From a virus, in the IMG/VR virus record IMGVR_UViG_3300020170_000012, positions 3,783 to 67,782 of that record: DNA of 64,000 bases; one strand, given 5' to 3'. Each line of letters opens with the position of its first letter. Position 1 is the first letter of the stretch. The notes below the pieces were generated by a model, which searched no databases, was not told the origin of the DNA, and was given only the letters and a program-made list of their open reading frames with translations. The position numbers were made by a program, and so were the translations under genes. Positions 37,917-46,471 of this stretch are shown in pieces.

Positions 37917-38546
37917 ATGTTAGAGAGACTGTCCAGCTCTGATATCCTGCCACCCTGGCATCCATTTGGTGGTCTGCGCGAGCACGGCTACGGCGCCATA
38001 CTCGCCGATCCGCCGTGGCGTTTCAAAACCTACAGCGAGAAAGGTCGCAACCGATGTCCGGACTGGACAGGGGATTTGAAGAACTTAAAGGGTTCTCCGT
38101 GCAGGCATTACGAGACGATGACTCTGCCGACAATAAAGTTTATTCCGGTATCACAACTTGCGCTGCCCAACTGCGCCTTATTCCTCTGGGGTTGCTGGGC
38201 CACACTTCCACAGACGATGGAAGTTATCGATGCGTGGGGCTTCACATACAAGACGGCAGCGTTCGTGTGGTGCAAGTCTGGCCGAATGGGGCTTGGGTAC
38301 TGGACGAGGCAAAATACCGAATTCTGCTTACTCGCGACGAAGGGAAAACCGCAACGGATATCCAAGGCAGTCGTCCAGGGGATTATAGCGCCGCGCCGGC
38401 TTCACAGCCAAAAGCCTGACGAAGTCCGCGAGCGCATTGAACAACTTGTCGCCGGTCCGTATATTGAACTGTTCGCGCGCAGCTCGCGTCCTGGCTGGGA
38501 TAGCTGGGGTGATCAGGATGGAGAATTAAATGTCACCCACAAATGA
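37917..38546 (+). CDS. MT-A70-family adenine methyltransferase
   Basis: ILADPPW, HYETM, LFLW, AWGFTYKT..FVWCK, GLGYWTRQNTE, HSQKPDE, IELFAR...WGDQ. Confidence 0.92.
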   Translation: MLERLSSSDILPPWHPFGGLREHGYGAILADPPWRFKTYSEKGRNRCPDWTGDLKNLKGSPCRHYETMTLPTIKFIPVSQLALPNCALFLWGCWATLPQTMEVIDAWGFTYKTAAFVWCKSGRMGLGYWTRQNTEFCLLATKGKPQRISKAVVQGIIAPRRLHSQKPDEVRERIEQLVAGPYIELFARSSRPGWDSWGDQDGELNVTHK

Positions 38547-38862
38547 GACCATGACGACGGCACGGGACGTGATCGCAGAATGGATCGTCAACCGGGGCTT
38601 TGCGCCGCCGCACCAAGCATTGCGCCACGCTGACAAGTTGATTGACCGCTTTCTCGCTGAAAGCTCCGTCCATCAAGAGTTGGCAGCGCTGCTCAATCCG
38701 TGGCGGCCGATGAATACATTCCCCAAAGATTCTTGGTTTCTTGTGTGTGACAAGAAAAAGGAATGCGAGATCGTACATTCAACGGCTGTGGAGGCGGTTG
38801 GCATCAAAACATGGATTGGTTGGCTCCCTCTCCCTGCCCCGCCATCGGAAGACAAGACATGA
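38530..38862 (+). CDS. DUF551-like protein
   Basis: WRPMNTFPKD...WLPLPAPP. Confidence 0.65.
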   Translation: MSPTNETMTTARDVIAEWIVNRGFAPPHQALRHADKLIDRFLAESSVHQELAALLNPWRPMNTFPKDSWFLVCDKKKECEIVHSTAVEAVGIKTWIGWLPLPAPPSEDKT

Positions 38863-39623
38863 GCGACGACATCCAACGAGCGTTTGAAAGCGGTGATTGG
38901 CAACCGGACGAACGAGAAGGTTTCGTCACTGACGATATCGCCGCGCTGATCGCTGAGCTTAAAGCCCGCGCGCACGAACGGGCTGGTAAGAACTCTATGG
39001 TGGAAGTCGAACAATTGCTGGAATGGCAAGCCGCCGATGCTCTCTTCCGCCTCACCGCTCCACCACTGCTGGCTTTCGATGGAGCCCCGGCTAAATTTGA
39101 CGATCCACGATGGGTTGAAAATGCCCAGCCGCTTCCGGAGGAACCGACAATTCCGGCTATGATCACAGTCGGTCGTGGGCGTTTTCATGCTGGCGTCAAA
39201 GTGAGCACCGTACAAGGTGCGATCGATCGGCTGGTTGACCATGTCAAAGAACAACCGCTGCCGGAGGAGATCGCAGGGCTGATCGAGAGATTGCATCGAC
39301 ACCCGAATCTGGCCTGCATGGAAGCCATTAAACTCCTCCGCGCGCAGGCGCAGGAGATCAAGAGGCTGAAGGACGAGCGGAACGACCTTGAGAGCGACTA
39401 TCTGCGACGGCACAGAGACGCCTGCGACCGCCAGGAACGCATCCGCGAACTCGAAGCCGAGCGCGACGATTTGGTAGCGCAGCTTCATGTCGCCCTTGCT
39501 TCGGTAGGGTACAATCAAGGCGTGGCCGCCGCCATCCGGGCGAAGACGATCAAGGAATTAATCGCGCTCATGGACAAGTCAAAGACATGGGGCGATTTTG
39601 AAAGAGCTATGAAGTTGTTGTGA
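38859..39623 (+). CDS. Ead/Ea22-like coiled-coil accessory protein
   Basis: ATGA coupling; DIAALIAELK...QAADAL, coiled-coil C-terminus. Confidence 0.6.
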   Translation: MSDDIQRAFESGDWQPDEREGFVTDDIAALIAELKARAHERAGKNSMVEVEQLLEWQAADALFRLTAPPLLAFDGAPAKFDDPRWVENAQPLPEEPTIPAMITVGRGRFHAGVKVSTVQGAIDRLVDHVKEQPLPEEIAGLIERLHRHPNLACMEAIKLLRAQAQEIKRLKDERNDLESDYLRRHRDACDRQERIRELEAERDDLVAQLHVALASVGYNQGVAAAIRAKTIKELIALMDKSKTWGDFERAMKLL

Positions 39624-39806
39624 TGGTCATCCTCGATGCCTTCCCCGCCGATACCGCCGTCGGTCCGGCGGTCGGCGGAATGTCGAAGGCTGAAGTGATG
39701 GTCGAGCTGCAACGTTACAAGCCGCTCACCGCCAAGGATGTGCGCACCGACGAGCCATGGCTGGAGCGGCGCCGCCGCTTGTGGAGGCGATTGGATGCTT
39801 GGACGA

Positions 39807-40046
39807 CTACTCGGTAGCTTGGGTCTTAAGCCGCTCGACCAGCGTCCGCATCGCGACGAGCTGGAACTCCATCAGCAACAGTGTGACCTTGGACAGCTCG
39901 ATGATAGCTGAGGCTGAGGTGTCGTATTCGCCCAGGCGCTCGCGCTCTTTTACGAATCCGCGCATCTCCTTGAGGTAGGATTCGAGCTGCTCAATCATCG
40001 CGGGGAGTTGTGCGAGCGCATCGTTGGCGTCTATCTTCGAGTCCAT
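39807..40046 (-). CDS. Hypothetical protein, divergent from terL
   Basis: AAAGGAG RBS before ATG 40046. Confidence 0.55.
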   Translation of the reverse strand: MDSKIDANDALAQLPAMIEQLESYLKEMRGFVKERERLGEYDTSASAIIELSKVTLLLMEFQLVAMRTLVERLKTQATE

Positions 40047-41796
40047 GCCATCTCCTTTCGAAATTGCTGTTCGCAACGCTGCCCTGGCCGCCGAGATGGG
40101 GACCAAGCAGCTTTGCGAGGAATCGCTGATCGAGCTGACTGCCTATCTGTGGGACGTCGCCGACCCTGGCGAGCCGCTGGTGGGCGGCTGGGCCATGGAT
40201 GCCATAGCCGACCATCTGGAGGCAACCTTTTATGACCACATCAAACGGCTTCTTATCACTGTTCCGCCGGGGTTCTCGAAATCGTCACTCACAAATGTCT
40301 TTTTTCCGCTCTGGGTCTGGCTGCGAACACCACACGCCAGATTTATCGGGGCTAGCTACGAGTCCGGCATTCCGGAGCGCGACAATCTCAAGTGCCGTCG
40401 ACTCATCCAACACGAGAAGTGGCAGCGATTTTGGGCAGATCGCTTTACGCTCATCGTCCCTACCACCGTTGAGCGCTTTGAGAACGACCGAACCGGATGG
40501 AAGATGGCCACCGCCGTCGGCGCTAAGCTCCTCGGCTATCGCGGCAACTACATCATCATCGACGACGCCAACGATCCCTCGATCGAACACCAGTCCGGCG
40601 CCAAGCGCATTCAAGCGGTTCGTTGGTTTCGCGAGGTGGTTCCGACAAGATTGAACAACATGAGCCGTGACAAGATCATCGCCATCCAGCAGCGTCTGCA
40701 CATGGAAGACGTCGCCGGTACCGCTCTGAGCCTGGAACACGAGAACTACGTCCACCTCAACATTCCGATGGAATACGAGCCGCGGACCTACATCAACGCC
40801 TGGGCGCCGCCGGACTTGGATGATCCAGATGGTCCTGACCAGATCGTCACTCTGTTCGACGAAACTGCTGAGGCCGCGGTCGCGAGCGATCCTGACGCCA
40901 TCTACTGGCAGGACCCGCGCACCGAACCCGGCGAGCTGGCGTGGCCTGAGCGGTTTACCGCCAAGATGGTGGCCGTGCTCAAGAAGACGCTGGGCAAGAC
41001 CATGTCGTCAGCCCAGCTCCAACAGCGCCCGGTGCCGCGCGGCGGCAACATCATCAGAACCGAGAGTTGGAAGTTGTGGGATAAGGATATTTATCCTACG
41101 TTCTCCTACGTTCTTGCCACACTCGACACCGCCTACACTGAGAAGACGTCGAACGATCCGTCGGGCATCACCATCTGGGGCTTGTTCTACGACAACACCG
41201 GAATGGTCGACGTCCGCCTTGTCGACCGCATGGGCAAGCAACTCCCGCTGATGGAGGAGGAAGGCAACCCCAAGGTCATGCTGATCTATGCCTGGACTGA
41301 TAACCTGGAACTCAACGACCTTGTCCGCCGGGTCCTGCATACCTGCACCAGGAATCAGCTCAATTACGGGGCCGACCTGCAAGGGCAGCCTCGCTTCCCG
41401 GTCGATACGCTCGTCATCGAGGGAAAGGCTTCCGGTCTAAGTGTCCAACAGGAGATCACCCGCCTGCTGACGCTCGGCCGCGGGCGCACGCTCAACGTCG
41501 AGATGCTGCCGGCAAAATTGTTAAGGGATGACAAATTGTCGCGGCTGGTTTCTGTCTCACATCTGTTCGAAAACGAGGTGGTCTACGCTCCCGACAAGGA
41601 GTTCGCTGGCAAGGTGATAGACCAAGTTGGAAATTTTCCTTACACCACCCACGACGAGTACGTCGACTGCACTTCGATGGCGATGCGTTGGTTCCGCGAC
41701 CACGGCTTTGCACCGACTCGCGAGGAGCTGTTCGAGGAGGCCGACAACGCGGTCGCTTACAAGCCAAAGATGAAACCGCTCTATGGAGGAATTTGA
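40045..41796 (+). CDS. terL: Terminase large subunit
   Basis: LLITVPPGFSKS (Walker A-like), YIIIDD (Walker B), IQQRLH, QLQQRP, LDTAY, VIEGKASG, HDEYVD; exact start uncertain. Confidence 0.93.
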   Translation: MPSPFEIAVRNAALAAEMGTKQLCEESLIELTAYLWDVADPGEPLVGGWAMDAIADHLEATFYDHIKRLLITVPPGFSKSSLTNVFFPLWVWLRTPHARFIGASYESGIPERDNLKCRRLIQHEKWQRFWADRFTLIVPTTVERFENDRTGWKMATAVGAKLLGYRGNYIIIDDANDPSIEHQSGAKRIQAVRWFREVVPTRLNNMSRDKIIAIQQRLHMEDVAGTALSLEHENYVHLNIPMEYEPRTYINAWAPPDLDDPDGPDQIVTLFDETAEAAVASDPDAIYWQDPRTEPGELAWPERFTAKMVAVLKKTLGKTMSSAQLQQRPVPRGGNIIRTESWKLWDKDIYPTFSYVLATLDTAYTEKTSNDPSGITIWGLFYDNTGMVDVRLVDRMGKQLPLMEEEGNPKVMLIYAWTDNLELNDLVRRVLHTCTRNQLNYGADLQGQPRFPVDTLVIEGKASGLSVQQEITRLLTLGRGRTLNVEMLPAKLLRDDKLSRLVSVSHLFENEVVYAPDKEFAGKVIDQVGNFPYTTHDEYVDCTSMAMRWFRDHGFAPTREELFEEADNAVAYKPKMKPLYGGI

Positions 41797-41799
41797 TGA

Positions 41800-41828
41800 T
41801 TGACTAATTGTATTTCAATTATTAAATA
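41800..41828 (+). promoter_or_regulatory. Promoter for the pentamer-array/Cas7-like cassette
   Basis: TTGACT-AATTGTATTTCAATTAT(17)-TAAATA in an AT-rich island, 11 nt upstream of array 1. Confidence 0.75.
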
Positions 41829-41839
41829 AATTCTCTCTG

Positions 41840-42039
41840 GGCTAGGCATGGCATGGCGAGTCCAGGCGCGGCTGGGAGCGGCGCGGCCAGGCGGGGCGAG
41901 GCGAGGCGGGGCGCGGCGCGGCACGGAACGGCCAGGCCCGGTTGGGCAAGGCACGGCGGGGCACGGCGCGGCCTGGCACGGCAGGGCAAGGCGCAGCACG
42001 GCAGGGACCGGCAAGGCGCGGCGAGGCAAGGCGAGGCTA
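41840..42039 (+). repeat. GGY-NN pentamer array 1 (40 phased units; candidate guide RNA)
   Basis: 200 nt, 5-nt period with no indel; constant triplet is GGC in 34 units, GGA in 3, GGT/GTC/AGC in 1 each; last two bases variable. Confidence 0.9.
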
Positions 42040-42066
42040 TCATGACACCAAGAAAGGGCACTAACG

Positions 42067-42672
42067 ATGAAACCAGTAGATGTGAAAATTGCGAAGCGGG
42101 TCGAATTAACAACGCGAAAGATCAGGTTGATCGGTCTGACCGACATCATGTTCGATCGATACCCTGGAGACAACAACACTCAGCTCGAACCGCACCAGAA
42201 ATTGTACCTGGAACCCGGAGACTCGCGAATTATTGGTCTGCCCTCGATCAACATTATGAGCTTTCTTTCGGCCCACAACACAAATTCCGCACCGAAACGG
42301 CTACGCGACAAAAGAAAGTTTAAGGACATTGCCAACGCAATGCTGTCATTCGTTTCGATCAAGGAGTTGTTCATACCGCTGATACGTGACGGTAAGCCAA
42401 TCGTGTTCGGAGGGTTCGACGGTGATCGCGATCCACTGAGCGGAGCATACATCCACCGCGCGGTAGCCCGTCTCGACAAAGGGATTCCCAATCCGAAGGT
42501 TCGGCCTGTCGTTCCGTTGGATTGGAGCATCGAATTTACAATGGACATTTTTTCAAACCGTGAGATTCGGGAGGTGGACATTCAGAATTTGATCGAGGAA
42601 GGTGGCCGCGCTGTCGGTCTTGGCACTTGGCGTGGAGTCTTTGGCAAGTTTTTAGTTGACGCTTGGGATTGA
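42067..42672 (+). CDS. Stand-alone Cas7/RAMP-like protein
   Basis: AGAAAGGG RBS; N-terminal strand IRLIGLTDIMF, GLPSINIMSFL, VRP...WSIEFTM, C-terminal Gly-rich loop GGRAVGLGTWRGVFGKFLV. Confidence 0.75.
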   Translation: MKPVDVKIAKRVELTTRKIRLIGLTDIMFDRYPGDNNTQLEPHQKLYLEPGDSRIIGLPSINIMSFLSAHNTNSAPKRLRDKRKFKDIANAMLSFVSIKELFIPLIRDGKPIVFGGFDGDRDPLSGAYIHRAVARLDKGIPNPKVRPVVPLDWSIEFTMDIFSNREIREVDIQNLIEEGGRAVGLGTWRGVFGKFLVDAWD

Positions 42673-42676
42673 ACGT

Positions 42677-42786
42677 GGCTGGGCACGGCATGGCTGGGCA
42701 AGGCCCGGCGAGGCATGGCGAGGCGAGTCCGGGCACGGCAAGGCTGGGTGCGGCAGGGTATGGCATGGCAAGGCAAGGCAAGGCAT
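42677..42786 (+). repeat. GGY-NN pentamer array 2 (22 phased units; candidate guide RNA)
   Basis: 110 nt starting 4 nt after the stop codon; 19 GGC, 2 GGT, 1 GTC. Confidence 0.9.
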
Positions 42787-42789
42787 TTA

Positions 42790-43035
42790 ATGCAGAACAA
42801 ATTGATCTGGGTGTACCAAAACGGCCGCATGTCGCCGCAGCTCTGTCACGACGCGCCAGATCACAAGACCGTCGGGATAGCCAAGGTCGTAGCCAAGTTC
42901 AACCTGACTGTCGATGATCTCAAGCTGAGCTTCGACGAGCTGGTCGCCAAGTATCCGGCGCCGAGCGCGGTCGACGCCGAAGTTATTCCACCCCCGGCGC
43001 CTCTCCTTCGGCAGCCTGGATTTCCGCCGGAATGA
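42790..43035 (+). CDS. Hypothetical protein
   Basis: ATG right after array 2; LSFDELVAKYPAP motif. Confidence 0.55.
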   Translation: MQNKLIWVYQNGRMSPQLCHDAPDHKTVGIAKVVAKFNLTVDDLKLSFDELVAKYPAPSAVDAEVIPPPAPLLRQPGFPPE

Positions 43036-43224
43036 ACGGGCGAATCGGTACCAGCTCTCGCTCGGCCGCTTCGCTATGCTATGCTCGAATTGCGCAAAGC
43101 GGAGAACCTGTAAATGTTTAACTGGTGGCGCCGGCATCATCCTCCATCGAACTTCCCGCCGGCACCCGCTTTCATCAAGCGCCTGACGCTGCGCGTCAGC
43201 TACAATCCGAGGAGCAAAAAAGCC

Positions 43225-43560
43225 ATGTCAACTGTACTTCTTGAATGGGATGACCCGACGGTCCGGACCGATACCCCGCCGACTGCCCTGCCGCCCGCCG
43301 AGATCATGGAGATCGATGTTTTCGATTTTCCTGACACTCCCGGTGTTCCTACGGTCAACACGCAGATCGGCACCGTTCCCGGTCCCGGGACGTCGTTTGC
43401 GACCGGGACTCTCGACGTTGGCGTCCATCGCTTTACTGTCGTGGTCCGTGACACCACTGGCCATGTCTCGGCGCCGTCGAACGTGGCGACCATTACCGTG
43501 CCGGCCACCCAGGCACCGCCGGCCGCCGTCACCAACCTGCGGGCTACCCTCCAGCCCTGA
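43225..43560 (+). CDS. Fibronectin type III-like protein
   Basis: GAGGAG RBS; VLLEWDDP...GVHRFTVVVRD..G.VSAPSN...PPAAVTNL. Confidence 0.7.
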   Translation: MSTVLLEWDDPTVRTDTPPTALPPAEIMEIDVFDFPDTPGVPTVNTQIGTVPGPGTSFATGTLDVGVHRFTVVVRDTTGHVSAPSNVATITVPATQAPPAAVTNLRATLQP

Positions 43561-43594
43561 GCCATGTTAGCCTGCCGGGCTACTGGAGCGCACC

Positions 43595-46090
43595 ATGGCC
43601 CGGCAACCCAACGTCATCTCGCTAGAGGGCTACCAGAGCCGCCTGCGGCTGTCCCACGGCAAGCAGGATGCCGACGACGTTCGTCGGGACGAACACCGGC
43701 GCGCTCAAGGTCTCCCGAACAAGACCGGCCGGGCGCTCAACGCCCGCGGCAAGGACTCCTTCACAAGCAAGGACGCTGCCGATATCGGCACCATGCGTCC
43801 CGACATGAATTCCCCCGCCAATGAGCCGATCGTCGGCGATTCGATCGTTGACATTGCCCAAGGCGTCGCGATGCCGGTCAATCGTGCCGGCGATGCCAAG
43901 TCGATCGAGCTGGGCGACGGCAGCGTCATCATCGACTTAAATCCGTTTGCGTCCGCCGACATTGAGGAAGGCGACGACAAGAATCGCGATTTTTCTGACA
44001 ACCTCGCCGACGATATCAACGACATGGAGCTGGCGGCGATTTCCGCCGAAATCCTGGAAGGCATCAGGCAAGATGAAGAAAGCCGCCGCGATATACTTGA
44101 GACCCGTCAAAAGGGTATCAAGTTACTTGGTTTACGGATCGAGGAGCCTCGCGGTGATGTTGGCACTTCGTCAGCTCCGCTGGAAGGCATGTCCACTGTG
44201 CGGCATACCCTTCTCCTCGAAGCATGCGCCAGCTTTCAAGCTGGTGCACGTGCAGAGTTGCTGCCATCGGAGGGGCCAGTCAAGGTTCGCGTCGATCTTC
44301 CGCCTGGAGCGCAGCCAGCACAGCCCGGTCAGACGCCGCAAGGTCTGGGGCAGCAGCCGCTCGACGAACTCGGCGAGGCCCTTCAGAAGGACATGAACCA
44401 CTACCTGACGACGACCGCGTCAGAATACATTCCCGACACCGACCGCATGTTGTTTATCGTAGGATTCTCAGGTGATGGATTCAAAAAGCTATACCACGAC
44501 CCGCTCAAGCAACGACCAATGTCTGTCTCTGTTGACCCTGAAGACCTTATCGTTTCCAACATGGCGACTGATATCGAGAGCTGCGGACGAGTTACGCACC
44601 GTATGCGGATGCGACGTTCGCTCCTTCGACGAATGCAGATCATCGGAGCTTACCGCGACGTGCATATCCAACAAGCTGCGGTCGCGGACACGCCAGATGC
44701 GGTGAAGCAGGAAATCGCCGACGTCGTTGGCGCCAAGCCGGAGCCGATGCGGCCCAAGGACGTCGACTACACCCTCTACGAATGCTACTGCGAGCTGGAC
44801 ATCGACGCGTTCGCCCCCGAACAATTCAAGGGCAAGGCGCTGCCTTTGCCTTACCGCGTGACGATCGAGAAGGATTCGAAACAGGTTCTCGAAATCTCAC
44901 GCAACTGGAAAAAGGATGATCCGCTGTGTCAGACGAGGCAGACCTTCGTACAGTATCCGTTTATTCCCGCACTTGGGTTCTATTCCCTTGGGTTTCTGCA
45001 TCTGCTTGGCAACACTACACTCGCACTTACTGCGGCTACGCGGGAGATGCTCGACGCCGGGATGTTCGCGAACTTTCCTGGTTTCGTATATGCGAAACAG
45101 GTTGGCCGCCAATTGACGAATCAATTTCGCTGTCCGCCGGGCGGCGGTGTTCCGATTGATCTTCCCGCCGGCATGACGGTGCAGCAGGTCGTGATGCCGC
45201 TGCCTTACAAGGAAGTCGGCCCGGCATTTCCTGCCTTCATTCAGCATGTCGAACAGAACGGCCGCCAGCTCGCGATGGTGTCGAATGCTCCGGTCGCCGA
45301 AGGCAAGCAGGATGCGCCGGTGGGCACCACGCTGGCGCTGATCGAACAGCAGACCAAGGTGCTGGGCTCGGCCTTCAAACGCCTGCATATCGCGCAAAGC
45401 CGCGAATTCAAGCTCCTCGTCGATCTGTTCAAGGAAGACCCGGAGGCAATGTGGCGCCACAACGAGCGCCCGCAGATGGCCTGGACGAAGAAACAGTTCC
45501 TCTCGGCCTTGAAGCGCTACGAGTTGGTTCCGGTCGCTGATCCCAACAACCCGACCAGCCTGCATCGTATGGCCAAGGCAGCCATGCTCAAAACTCTCCA
45601 AGCCGCCAACCCCGGCATCTACGATCCGATTGCGGTCGACCGTCGCGTGATGACCATGGCGGCGATCGATCCGGAGGGTCTGTTCAAGGGGCCGGCGCCA
45701 ACGGCGCCCGATCCTATGATGATGCTCCTGCAAGCCAAGATTCAGCTTGAGAATCTGAAATTGCAGCAGAAGGACAAGGAGCTTCAGCTCAAGGCCGCAA
45801 CCGCGGCCATGCAGCAGCAGGGCAAGGCTGCCGACCGTTCGTCCCAGGAGCGCGTCGAGCTGCTCAAGCAGGACATCGTCAAAATGGAGCAGCAATCCCA
45901 ACTCGTGCTGTCTGGGCTCAAGCACAACGCCGATATGATCATGCATGTGCACGGTCAGATGGCGAGCGCAGCGAGCGGCCGAGCGAGAGATGGTTCGGCT
46001 TTCCCAGGCAAGCCCGGCGGTGATGGCAGCTCGCCGGGGATGCAGAGCGAAGCCGAGCACAAGCCAACGTCAACAGGAGTTGTTGATTAA
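43595..46090 (+). CDS. Portal protein
   Basis: 831 aa after terL; DEESR...GIKLLGL, AELLPSEGPVK, FKKLYHD, GFYSLGFLHLLG, PLPYKE, APVGTTLALIE...RLH. Confidence 0.88.
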   Translation: MARQPNVISLEGYQSRLRLSHGKQDADDVRRDEHRRAQGLPNKTGRALNARGKDSFTSKDAADIGTMRPDMNSPANEPIVGDSIVDIAQGVAMPVNRAGDAKSIELGDGSVIIDLNPFASADIEEGDDKNRDFSDNLADDINDMELAAISAEILEGIRQDEESRRDILETRQKGIKLLGLRIEEPRGDVGTSSAPLEGMSTVRHTLLLEACASFQAGARAELLPSEGPVKVRVDLPPGAQPAQPGQTPQGLGQQPLDELGEALQKDMNHYLTTTASEYIPDTDRMLFIVGFSGDGFKKLYHDPLKQRPMSVSVDPEDLIVSNMATDIESCGRVTHRMRMRRSLLRRMQIIGAYRDVHIQQAAVADTPDAVKQEIADVVGAKPEPMRPKDVDYTLYECYCELDIDAFAPEQFKGKALPLPYRVTIEKDSKQVLEISRNWKKDDPLCQTRQTFVQYPFIPALGFYSLGFLHLLGNTTLALTAATREMLDAGMFANFPGFVYAKQVGRQLTNQFRCPPGGGVPIDLPAGMTVQQVVMPLPYKEVGPAFPAFIQHVEQNGRQLAMVSNAPVAEGKQDAPVGTTLALIEQQTKVLGSAFKRLHIAQSREFKLLVDLFKEDPEAMWRHNERPQMAWTKKQFLSALKRYELVPVADPNNPTSLHRMAKAAMLKTLQAANPGIYDPIAVDRRVMTMAAIDPEGLFKGPAPTAPDPMMMLLQAKIQLENLKLQQKDKELQLKAATAAMQQQGKAADRSSQERVELLKQDIVKMEQQSQLVLSGLKHNADMIMHVHGQMASAASGRARDGSAFPGKPGGDGSSPGMQSEAEHKPTSTGVVD

Positions 46091-46114
46091 ATTGTCTAAT
46101 GCAAGGATCGAATC

Positions 46115-46444
46115 ATGGACGAAGCGGGAACGGTACGTGAACAAATAATTTTGAGCTTACCACAGTGGCGCTCGCACAAGATCGTGCGCGCCGCGCCGAT
46201 CCGGGCGGTTTATGCGACTGAAGGCGACAATCCGCCGGGCTGGATTGTCTATCTCGACGGCGGCCCTGATCCTGATGGTTTTCCTTCGATTTACGTCAAG
46301 CCGGAGCTGTTCTCGCGCTACATGCCGAAACCGGGCGACTATTTCGTCGTCTACGACGACGGTTACGAGTCCGTGTCACCCAAAAAGGCTTTCGAGGAAG
46401 GCTATAGCTGCCTTGAAGGCAAACCGGCGGTAGGGGTAGTATGA
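46115..46444 (+). CDS. Small conserved phage protein
   Basis: SHKIVRAAPI...PGDYFVVYDDGYESVSPKKAFEEGY. Confidence 0.75.
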   Translation: MDEAGTVREQIILSLPQWRSHKIVRAAPIRAVYATEGDNPPGWIVYLDGGPDPDGFPSIYVKPELFSRYMPKPGDYFVVYDDGYESVSPKKAFEEGYSCLEGKPAVGVV

Positions 46445-46471
46445 CCACGAACAGAGCATAGGGGTTTCACC

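Noticed and set aside
41781-42323. Overlapping ORFs across array 1 (and 42536-42917 across array 2) encoding ARRG/PCRA-like repeats
   Set aside because: A GC-rich 5-nt repeat is stop-free in most frames. The period is not a multiple of 3 and there is no RBS, so these are by-products.
41840-42786. Canonical CRISPR array or simple microsatellite
   Set aside because: No 25-40 nt repeats with spacers. Variation is confined to two fixed positions with no phase slips, unlike slippage repeats.
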